Assembly: GCA_039961455.1 (NCBI GenBank)
Contig: JBDVJN010000097.1
Coordinates: 1,049-65,048, forward strand
DNA length: 64,000 nucleotides
Reading direction: 5' to 3'
Origin: Cyclobacteriaceae bacterium
Lineage (GTDB): Bacteria; Bacteroidota; Bacteroidia; Cytophagales; Cyclobacteriaceae
Made by a program: the position numbers and the translations under genes. Numbering within the stretch: position 1 is the stretch's first letter; every line of letters begins with the position of its first letter. Below the pieces are notes generated by a model. It was not told the DNA's origin. It saw only the letters and a list, made by a program, of their open reading frames with translations, and made no database searches. Positions 1-7,931 of the stretch are shown here, one piece after another.

Positions 1-246
1 AGTGTAATCAGCTCTCAGGTCCTCAACCTGCTCTTCGAGCTTGGAGATAGACCTGATTTTTTTCTCGGCATAATGACGATTTCCTATATATAGGACGCAT
101 AGAAATGTTAGGAATAGTATCTGAGGAAGGAAGCGTACGTGTATCACTTCACTAATCGAACTATCCATCCGAAGAAAACGATTGATAAGTCGGAACAAAC
201 CTCCTCGTTCTTCTTGCTGGGGTAATCTATAGGTGTTTTCAGCCAT
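1..246 (-). CDS. FtsL-like cell-division protein, N-terminal 82 codons (gene runs off the left edge)
   Basis: Absent from the ORF track because there is no stop in the window. ATG at 246-244 on the minus strand, then 82 open codons: MAENTYRLPQQEERGGLFRLINRFL..LFLTFLCVLYIGNRHYAEKKIRSISKLEEQVEDLRADYT. This gives a short head, one TM segment and a coiled coil. It lies directly downstream of mraZ-rsmH, as in dcw clusters. Confidence 0.6.
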   Translation of the reverse strand, partial: MAENTYRLPQQEERGGLFRLINRFLRMDSSISEVIHVRFLPQILFLTFLCVLYIGNRHYAEKKIRSISKLEEQVEDLRADYT

Positions 247-319
247 ATTTTTAAGTAGTTAGATAATTAGTAGTTAGACTTTAGACCTTCCGATACTAAA
301 ATCCGGTTACCAAATACCA

Positions 320-1249
320 TCACCTCTTTCTGCCAATTCTCAGCTTCGCACTTCTTGCTCGGCTGTTCTTATTTACTTCTGCCATGGTCGGGACGATTGG
401 TTTTCGGTTTACCGGATCTAATATCCGGATTGGGTTACCATAAAAATCCTTCTCGTCCGTCCCCTTGAAATTTCCTTTATTAATAAAGTTTTTCACGGGT
501 CTGTCTTCTAAAGAGTGATAGCTCAACACAACCAGTCTGCCATCTTTCTTCAGAACTTCTCCTGCTTGAGTCAAAAATTCTTTTAATACTTCGATTTCCT
601 CGTTTACCTCGATTCTGATTGCCTGAAAAACCTGTGCCAGGTATTTCATTTCCCTTCCTCTGGGTGCATTTTTCAATGCGATCTCCTTCAACTGCTCGTT
701 CGTTGTGATTTCTGCATTCAACTTGAAGTTCTCGATTTCCCGAACCAAGGTTCTTGCATTTTTCACTTCACCATAAGCGCTGAAGATATGGATCAGATCG
801 TTTTCCGAATATTCGTTTAGTACCTCATGTGCACTTTTGCTGGCTCCTTGATCCATTCGCATATCCAGAACGCCCTCAGCTCGTGTGGTAAAACCACGCT
901 CCGGCTCATCAAACTGGTGAGACGAAACACCAAGGTCAGCTAAAATGCCATCTACTTCGGTGATCCCATGAAATCGCAAGAACTTCTTGAGGTATCGAAA
1001 ATTTGACTCAATAAATGTGAAAGAACTTTTGCCCCCCTTTGCGCTATTCGCTTTGGTGAGCTCTTGTGCATTTTTCTCAGCATCTTTATCCTGATCGAAT
1101 GCAAGTAAATGTCCTGTCGTTAGCTCATTTAAGATCTCACGACTGTGTCCCCCTCCTCCAAACGTCACATCGACATATACACCATCCGGTTTTATGTCAA
1201 GGCCTTCCAAACTCTCCTGCAGCATTACAGGATTGTGGTACTCAGACAT
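320..1249 (-). CDS. rsmH: 16S rRNA (cytosine1402-N4)-methyltransferase RsmH/MraW
   Basis: 309-aa ORF with the typical N-terminus HNPVMLQESLEGL and SAM-binding DVTFGGGGHSREIL. ATG verified at 1249-1247. It follows mraZ. Confidence 0.95.
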   Translation of the reverse strand: MSEYHNPVMLQESLEGLDIKPDGVYVDVTFGGGGHSREILNELTTGHLLAFDQDKDAEKNAQELTKANSAKGGKSSFTFIESNFRYLKKFLRFHGITEVDGILADLGVSSHQFDEPERGFTTRAEGVLDMRMDQGASKSAHEVLNEYSENDLIHIFSAYGEVKNARTLVREIENFKLNAEITTNEQLKEIALKNAPRGREMKYLAQVFQAIRIEVNEEIEVLKEFLTQAGEVLKKDGRLVVLSYHSLEDRPVKNFINKGNFKGTDEKDFYGNPIRILDPVNRKPIVPTMAEVNKNSRARSAKLRIGRKR

Positions 1250-1332
1250 GGTTAGACCTCATCCCTAACCCTTCTCCTACTAAGAGAAGGGAACCGTTCT
1301 CTGGTCCAAACTTCACTCCTTCAATTCCTATC

Positions 1333-1776
1333 CTATTCATCCAAGAATTTTTGAGCCAGCTCTGAGTATTCCTCCATATCCTCGATCAGATGATCGTTGA
1401 ATACGGCCGGGTTCCACATTTCAATATAATTGCCCATGCCGATCAGAATTGCTTCTTTCTCTATTTGTGCATGAGCGAGCATGGTCTTCGGTACTAAAAT
1501 TCGGTTGGCTGTATCCAACTCTACCTGGGCTATGCTCCTGAAAAAATTTCTTTTCAGCTTACGCTGTTCGGGGTTGAATTCACTCAGTGATGAAATCTTG
1601 TGGTGTATTTTTTTGTATTCCACCATCGGGTACAGAATGAGATTCGGTTCGAATCCCTTCCGGATGACTAGTTCGGTAGTGGAGACCTCAGGGAGATTGG
1701 TTTTAATCTTTGCAGGTAAAACCAACCTACCCTTGGTATCCAACTTACACTCATACTCGCTTGTAAAAAACGCCAT
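1333..1776 (-). CDS. mraZ: transcriptional regulator MraZ
   Basis: 147 aa with two SpoVT/AbrB-like DxxxR(L/I)xxP repeats (DTKGRLVLP and DTANRILVP). It is the first gene of the dcw-type cluster. Confidence 0.95.
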   Translation of the reverse strand: MAFFTSEYECKLDTKGRLVLPAKIKTNLPEVSTTELVIRKGFEPNLILYPMVEYKKIHHKISSLSEFNPEQRKLKRNFFRSIAQVELDTANRILVPKTMLAHAQIEKEAILIGMGNYIEMWNPAVFNDHLIEDMEEYSELAQKFLDE

Positions 1777-1822
1777 ACTGAGCCTTGAAAAATATAAACC
1801 ACCGAGACAAATGTAATCAACT

Positions 1823-1870
1823 TTTCACATTTTCAGACACTTTCCCCCACTTTCACACACAAATGTGAAA
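1823..1870 (-). promoter_or_regulatory. phased direct repeats upstream of mraZ (candidate MraZ operator)
   Basis: The plus strand has TTTCACA, TTTCAGA, TTTCCCC and TTTCACA starting at 1823, 1831, 1841 and 1851 (8, 10, 10 bp apart), plus an inverted TGTGAAA at 1864-1870. On the mraZ strand this reads ..GAAAGTGG..GAAAGTGT..AAAATGTG... The repeats lie 47-94 nt upstream of the mraZ ATG. Confidence 0.45.
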
Positions 1871-2295
1871 AAAATAAGCATAATTCACCCATGAGTAATG
1901 TTTTAGGGGTGTTTATTACGGGTAGCAAGTCAGAGGATTAGTATGCTTTGCAGCACTAAATGGTTGCTTTTGAGATTTAAGCGCTTAAGAAACTACACTC
2001 ATTGAGGTTTCGTGGGAGCTGGTGGGGGAATGGAGAATTACTAGTTTGTAGAGCACTTGTACTTAACCAAGTAAATTGTTGTGTATCGATTTTCAGTAGA
2101 TTCAGTTATCGTGTAATTCCCGTCATCTTGTACACGAAATAAGTTCAAGAGGCAATGGAAATAGGCGCTTGTTCAACAATCAATTTGATCATTACAATAG
2201 TGAAACCACCGTTTTATTAGACTTTAATGCTGCTTCTCTTTTGTAGTAAACCAAACCATTCCCTGGATAGTTGGTTATGTTTTAAAAGTATTTCT

Positions 2296-2997
2296 ATGTC
2301 CAAATCATATCTGGTAGTCGGTGCAAGTACCGGAATTGGCCTGGAGCTCACCAAACAACTGACAGGGACGGGGAACAAAGTCTATGCCGTTGCCAGGACT
2401 CAGGGCGAACTAGCTAATGTGCAAGCCACCACCTTCATTTCATTCGACGTACTCTCGGATGAGGTTTTTGAATTTGATATTGAAGTTTTAGACGGATTCG
2501 TCTACTGCCCGGGCACAATTAATCTAAAACCATTTCATCGATTAAAAAAAGAGGATTTTCTCTATGACTTCAGCGTAAACGTGCTGGGCGCAGTAAAAAT
2601 GCTACAACACGTTCTTCCCGCTCTCAAAAAAGGAAAAGATCCATCGGTACTTTTTTTTAGTACAGTTGCTGTTCAACCAGGAATGGGATTCCATACCAGC
2701 GTTGCGGCAAGTAAAGGGGTTGTCGAGGGTCTTGTCAGATCCCTGGCCGCAGAATTGGCTCCCGCCATCAGAGTCAATTGCATTGCACCATCCGTTACAG
2801 ATACCCAGCTAGCAGCACGTCTCCTTTCATCTGATGAAAAAAGGAAAGTCTCAGGAAAGCGCCACCCCATGCAGCGAATAGGAAGCTCAACTGACATTGC
2901 AAATGCAGCTGAATTTCTTCTCTCGGACAAGGCTGGATGGATAACGGGACAAATACTTGCTGCTGATGGTGGCTTGTCTACATTACGTACACTATGA
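2296..2997 (+). CDS. short-chain dehydrogenase/reductase-fold protein with catalytic Tyr not conserved
   Basis: Rossmann motif VVGASTGIGLEL and SDR-like IRVNCIAPSVTDT. The YxxxK position reads VAASK (2701-2715). The ORF opens at 2227, but ATG 2296 (MSKSYLVVGAS) fits SDR N-termini better. Confidence 0.8.
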   Translation: MSKSYLVVGASTGIGLELTKQLTGTGNKVYAVARTQGELANVQATTFISFDVLSDEVFEFDIEVLDGFVYCPGTINLKPFHRLKKEDFLYDFSVNVLGAVKMLQHVLPALKKGKDPSVLFFSTVAVQPGMGFHTSVAASKGVVEGLVRSLAAELAPAIRVNCIAPSVTDTQLAARLLSSDEKRKVSGKRHPMQRIGSSTDIANAAEFLLSDKAGWITGQILAADGGLSTLRTL

Positions 2998-4463
2998 AAA
3001 TCCTTCTTACTGGCTCCACGGGTTATATTGGAAGACGATTGCTACCTGAACTGGTTAATGCTGGACATCATGTCACTTGCCCTGTAAGGGACAAACGAAG
3101 ATTTGATTTTGAGGATTTTGATGAAGAATTTCTTAAATCCGTTCATGTCATTGAGATGGATTTTCTTTTGGTTGAGGATCTAAAGAAATTGCCTGATAAC
3201 GTTGAGGCAGCATATTACCTCATCCATTCTCTTACATCCGACAGCAAAGCGTTTAGTAGTCTGGAGGCTACAACAGCAAATAATTTTGCATCGTATTGTG
3301 CGCAAACAGCAATTGATCAGATCATTTATCTCGGAGGAATTGCGAATGACGATCTACTTTCAGAACATCTATCCTCGCGACAAAATGTAGAGGAGATCTT
3401 GAAAACAAGTGGAAAATCTTTAACAATCTTGCGTTCGGCAATCATCATAGGCTCCGGAGGAGCTTCCTTTGAGATTATAAGAGATCTGGTTGAAAAACTT
3501 CCCATAATGATGGCTCCAAAATGGCTGCTGAGCAGATGTCAACCGATTGGGGTTTTAAATGTCCTGCAGTACCTGATGGGCGTTCTACAAAATAGAAAGG
3601 CCTATGACAGAACTTTCGACATTGGCGGTGATGACATTCTGACTTATCGGGAAATGCTTCTTCAGTTTGCTCAGGTTCGTGGTTTAAGGCGATGGATCAT
3701 CACCGTGCCTGTCCTGACCATCAGATTATCGTCCTTATGGCTATACATAGTCACCGCCACCTCTTACCGATTAGCAAGAAATTTGGTAGACAGCATGCGA
3801 AATGAAGTCATTTGTAAGGACAGCTCCATCGATGAAATCGTGAAAGTTGAAAAATTAACTTACAAGGAATCTTTGCAAAGGACATTCCTGAAAATAGATC
3901 AGAAGCAGGTCATATCAAGCTGGAAGGATTCCTTTGCAAATCCAGACTTTAACAATCACTTTCTTCATCAAGTAGAAGCACCCAAGGATGGATGTTTTCT
4001 GGATCTGAGAGAAATAAGCTTCAGTCGTGACCCTTCAGAAGTGATTGAGAATATTTGGCAAATTGGGGGAGAACGTGGTTGGTACTATGGAAACTTCCTC
4101 TGGAGAATTAGAGGGTTCCTGGACAAACTTGTTGGAGGTGTTGGTCTACGGAGAGGTAGAAGAAGCCCTAATGAACTCAAAGGTGGTGACGCGTTGGACT
4201 TTTGGCGTGTGTTATATGCCAGCAAAACAGACAAGAGGCTTCTGCTATTCGCAGAAATGCGCCTTCCTGGCGATGCATGGTTGGAATTCAAAATTCGCAA
4301 TCGAGGTGAGCAATATCAGCTGATCCAGACAGCCACTTTCAGGCCGTTGGGGGTGTGGGGGCGAGTTTACTGGTTTCTAGTTTGGCCATTTCACGGTTTC
4401 ATTTTTAAGAACATGGCAAAGAATTTAATTGAATTCTCATCACCACCTAACGATCATGGTTGA
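2994..4463 (+). CDS. NAD(P)-binding (NmrA/atypical-SDR-like) protein with C-terminal DUF2867-like domain
   Basis: N-terminus MKILLTGSTGYIGRRL (GxxGxxG) plus a long C-terminal extension with a WYYGNFLWRIRGFLDKLVGG-type segment that I recognise as DUF2867-like. Its ATG overlaps the upstream stop as ATGA (2994-2997). Confidence 0.7.
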   Translation: MKILLTGSTGYIGRRLLPELVNAGHHVTCPVRDKRRFDFEDFDEEFLKSVHVIEMDFLLVEDLKKLPDNVEAAYYLIHSLTSDSKAFSSLEATTANNFASYCAQTAIDQIIYLGGIANDDLLSEHLSSRQNVEEILKTSGKSLTILRSAIIIGSGGASFEIIRDLVEKLPIMMAPKWLLSRCQPIGVLNVLQYLMGVLQNRKAYDRTFDIGGDDILTYREMLLQFAQVRGLRRWIITVPVLTIRLSSLWLYIVTATSYRLARNLVDSMRNEVICKDSSIDEIVKVEKLTYKESLQRTFLKIDQKQVISSWKDSFANPDFNNHFLHQVEAPKDGCFLDLREISFSRDPSEVIENIWQIGGERGWYYGNFLWRIRGFLDKLVGGVGLRRGRRSPNELKGGDALDFWRVLYASKTDKRLLLFAEMRLPGDAWLEFKIRNRGEQYQLIQTATFRPLGVWGRVYWFLVWPFHGFIFKNMAKNLIEFSSPPNDHG

Positions 4464-4476
4464 AAAGGAAGAACCT

Positions 4477-5769
4477 ATGAAAGTTGCCATTTTTTGGTTT
4501 CGGAGAGATCTCCGTCTAGACGACAATATGGCGCTTTTCGAAGCTCTAAATTCTGAGTTACCAGTACAACCAATTTTCATTTTCGACAAAGAAATTCTCG
4601 AGAAGTTGGAAGATGACGATGACGCCAGAGTGAGCTTCATTCATAAGGAAATATTGCGATTAGGGAAGGAAATCCAACGCAAAGGGGGAGCCTTTGATGT
4701 CAGGTATGGTGATCCCGTTCAGATATGGATCCGACTACTTGAAGACTACAACGTTGGAGCCGTGTATGCTAATTCTGATTATGAACCATATGCCACTGTC
4801 CGGGATAAGGAAGTTTCAAAATTGCTAGCCTCCAAAGGAATTCCATTTGTGATGACGAAGGATCATGTAGTATTCCAAAAAGACGAGGTGGTGAAGGCAA
4901 ACGGGGAGCCTTATATTGTTTACACGCCTTACAGTAAACTTTGGAAAGCAAAGCTATCGACCTGCGACCTTCGTGCTTGTCGTTCCGAATCGATCAGAAA
5001 TTGGTATTCATCAGAGGTCAGACCTATCACATCTCTGGAAAGATTAGGCTTCCGACAAACCGCGATTCGTTTCCCTGATCGATCTTTGAGTAGCGAAATT
5101 GCAAAGAACTACGATCAAACAAGAGACATACCATCCATTCAAGGAACCTCTAGACTGAGCGTTCACCTTCGCTTCGGGACTATTAGTATCCGAAAGCTCA
5201 CAGCTTTCGCTGAGAAATTCAATTCAAAATTTTTGAATGAACTGATCTGGCGAGATTTCTATCAGTCCATTCTTTGGCATTTCCCTCATGTAGTTTCTGA
5301 GAACTTTAGCAAAAAATATGATGGTATCGAGTGGAGAAACAATGAGACAGAATTTGAAAAATGGTGTGAGGGAAGAACAGGGTATCCGATTGTAGATGCG
5401 GGAATCAGAGAACTTAATACTACCGGGTTTATGCACAACAGAGTTAGAATGATCACCGCCAGCTTTCTGACTAAACACCTACTTATCAACTGGCAATGGG
5501 GTGAAGCATACTTTGCTACTAAACTTCTGGACTATGAATTGGCCAGCAACAATGGTGGATGGCAGTGGGCTGCAGGAACTGGTGTGGATGCCGCACCTTA
5601 TTTTCGAATTTTCAACCCATATACACAGACCGAGAAGTTTGACCCACACCTGCGCTACATAAAAAAGTGGGTTCCCGAAGTTGGCACAACTCACTATCCT
5701 GCCCCGATTGTGGATCACCGATTCGCAAGGCAACGTGCACTAGATACTTATGCTAAGGGACTTCGCTGA
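4477..5769 (+). CDS. photolyase/cryptochrome-family FAD protein (deoxyribodipyrimidine photolyase-like)
   Basis: IFWFRRDLRLDDNMAL N-terminus and an FAD-binding block, TGYPIVDAGIRELNTTGFMHNRVRMITASFLTKHL..NNGGWQWAAGTG. ATG 4477 is preferred, and an in-frame ATG at 4456 is also possible. Subclass (CPD class I versus Cry-DASH) cannot be decided by eye. Confidence 0.9.
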   Translation: MKVAIFWFRRDLRLDDNMALFEALNSELPVQPIFIFDKEILEKLEDDDDARVSFIHKEILRLGKEIQRKGGAFDVRYGDPVQIWIRLLEDYNVGAVYANSDYEPYATVRDKEVSKLLASKGIPFVMTKDHVVFQKDEVVKANGEPYIVYTPYSKLWKAKLSTCDLRACRSESIRNWYSSEVRPITSLERLGFRQTAIRFPDRSLSSEIAKNYDQTRDIPSIQGTSRLSVHLRFGTISIRKLTAFAEKFNSKFLNELIWRDFYQSILWHFPHVVSENFSKKYDGIEWRNNETEFEKWCEGRTGYPIVDAGIRELNTTGFMHNRVRMITASFLTKHLLINWQWGEAYFATKLLDYELASNNGGWQWAAGTGVDAAPYFRIFNPYTQTEKFDPHLRYIKKWVPEVGTTHYPAPIVDHRFARQRALDTYAKGLR

Positions 5770-6180
5770 CTTTCGCAGCCCATAGCAATGATTGGCTGTG
5801 TCTCAGAATGTAAGTGTATTGAAGGTAAGAGAGTTTTGAAATGCACCCATCTCTTCTGATGAACGGATTGAATTGCTAGCTTTATTAAACCCTCCTTTTG
5901 TGAGATCTCTCCTTAGTCAAGTAAATGAACATTATTTATTTTAGGAGTAAATAAAGTGAACATTTTTACTCCTCTTTCACACGGAAAGTGAACATTATTG
6001 ATTATGCATGACAGGTGAGACTAAACTAACCTTTTGACACACGTTTCAACCCGAGCTAGTCGAAACACTTTAATTATTGAGGAAAATTATCCATCCGAAA
6101 GCATTAAATCTCCATTTTAATGGCCAGTAGCCCTCCCTAGGTTTGTATCATAATAATTATTCAACAAAAAATAAAGAGTT

Positions 6181-6477
6181 ATGATTAAAGTAGCATTATT
6201 GGTTAGACTTCAAGCTAAACCTGGTAAAGAAAGTGAAGTAGAAAAATTTATTCAAGGTGCTCTTCCCCTGGCAGAGGCTGAACCAGATACTATCAGCTGG
6301 TATGCACTAAAGATGGAGAATTCGAATTTTGGAATATTTGATACGTTCCCACATAATGATGGTCGTTCGGCACATTTAGCCGGGAAAATCGCTGAAGCCC
6401 TTATGGCAAATGCTTCTGAACTACTGGCAAAGGATCCAGTAATAGAACATGTAGACGTATTGGCTGCCAAACGCTGA
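6181..6477 (+). CDS. antibiotic-biosynthesis-monooxygenase (ABM)-fold protein, putative quinol monooxygenase-like
   Basis: 98 aa with the ferredoxin-like ABM pattern: VALLVRLQAKPGKESEVEKFI..WYALKM..FGIFDTF. Confidence 0.65.
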   Translation: MIKVALLVRLQAKPGKESEVEKFIQGALPLAEAEPDTISWYALKMENSNFGIFDTFPHNDGRSAHLAGKIAEALMANASELLAKDPVIEHVDVLAAKR

Positions 6478-6555
6478 AATTGAAGGAGTTTTGATTTGCA
6501 AGATTAACTGAGTTAAGGATAGGTAAAGTCAACTTATCCTTAACTTTAAATAACA

Positions 6556-7428
6556 ATGGGAAAGAATAGTCACACCTTGGTAAATCGTCAAAACGGAGAA
6601 CTAGCCTTCAAAATATTTTCCTTTGAGGATGCTAGCTATTTCGATCATATACAGAGACAGAACTATTACTCTATTATTCTCATTTTTCATGGAGATGTTG
6701 AATTACAGGTGGATTTTACAACGTACTCGCTTCCTCATAAATCCATACTTTGCTTGTCACCGTATCAGCCATACCTTTTAAAATCTGATGCGGAGTTATC
6801 TGGCATTACACTAAATTTTCATCCTGATTTTTTTTGCACATATAAACATCAAAATGAAGTAGAAAGTGAAGGAGTTTTATTCAACAACATCTACGAACCA
6901 CCTTTTTTTCCTATTGGTGATGAGCAGCCATTAGTAGACAAGCTAAACCAAATGAAAGAAGAGATTGAAAGTGCTGGTTTAGCTCAGCACGAATTATTGG
7001 TATCGCTTTTAAAAATATTTCTTATTACTGTTTTACGAATAAAAGTAAGTCAAACACCAAGAATAAGAGAGCAACTATGTGAAAACAGCGGACCTCTCAT
7101 TTTGCAAAAATTAACCGACAGTATCGAACAAAATTATAAGAATAAGCACTCTGCAAGTGACTATGCGGGGTTACTAAATATTTCCCCAAATGCACTGGCA
7201 AAGCTGGTCAAAAACTACTTCCACAAAACGCTAACCGATTTAATAGCCCAGCGTATCATGATAGAAGCAAAACGTGAATTATATCTAACTCCTAAATCCG
7301 TTAAAGAAATCTCGCATTTACTTGGTTATAACGACGAATATTATTTTAGCAGATTTTTTAAGAATCAAGCCGGTATTTCACCACAGATTTACCGAAATAC
7401 AGTTGGATTTGCGAAGCAAGAAAAGTAG
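6556..7428 (+). CDS. AraC-family transcriptional regulator (soluble, cupin-like N-terminus)
   Basis: C-terminal double HTH (SASDYAGLLNISPNALAKLVK..EISHLLGYNDEYYFSRFFKNQAGISPQIYR). Confidence 0.85.
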   Translation: MGKNSHTLVNRQNGELAFKIFSFEDASYFDHIQRQNYYSIILIFHGDVELQVDFTTYSLPHKSILCLSPYQPYLLKSDAELSGITLNFHPDFFCTYKHQNEVESEGVLFNNIYEPPFFPIGDEQPLVDKLNQMKEEIESAGLAQHELLVSLLKIFLITVLRIKVSQTPRIREQLCENSGPLILQKLTDSIEQNYKNKHSASDYAGLLNISPNALAKLVKNYFHKTLTDLIAQRIMIEAKRELYLTPKSVKEISHLLGYNDEYYFSRFFKNQAGISPQIYRNTVGFAKQEK

Positions 7429-7560
7429 TCATAGAACTCAAGTATCAGCTAAACGATGTACGTGAAATCATATGTTGCACTGATTGTGATTTAAATCGCT
7501 AGAGTTACCATTCGTTTTGTGAGACTAATTCATGAAGTTTAGAATATGAGTTCAGATTAG

Positions 7561-7863
7561 TCATTTCGATAATTCTCTAATCACTTTTTCAATTCGTTTT
7601 CGCCTACTTTCCTTCTCGATTTCTGGAAGTCTCGCGCTCAAAGCTTTGAGGAATACTTCCTTGTTCTGTCCGTTTACTACCGGCAATGATCTTTCGGCGT
7701 ACATCGCAAATTGATTCAATGGACAATTTTTTAATTGTTCTAGAAGCAAACTGAGAGCATCAGAAGAGTAGTCAGGAACTGAAGCTAAACTGACAAGTAT
7801 GTTGACTGCATGATCTTTAGTTATAACTGAACCTTTGTCAGCTGCACTCAAGATTTGAGACAA
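7561..7863 (-). CDS. hypothetical helical protein (possibly a C-terminal gene fragment)
   Basis: The 100-codon ORF has only TTG (7863-7861) as a start. The frame is closed 12 codons upstream with no ATG. No motif recognised. Confidence 0.3.
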   Translation of the reverse strand: MSQILSAADKGSVITKDHAVNILVSLASVPDYSSDALSLLLEQLKNCPLNQFAMYAERSLPVVNGQNKEVFLKALSARLPEIEKESRRKRIEKVIRELSK

Positions 7864-7931
7864 ATTTTTCTTATAGTCCGGGTCGCTTTGAAAATTTCTT
7901 CAGACCCAAAAATCCCGTTATCAACTCCTCC

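Noticed and set aside
1646-1656. GGTTCGAATCC, a tRNA T-loop-like string
   Set aside because: It lies inside the well-supported mraZ coding sequence. The flanking bases do not form a T-stem or an acceptor stem. I found no tRNA cloverleaf anywhere in the window.
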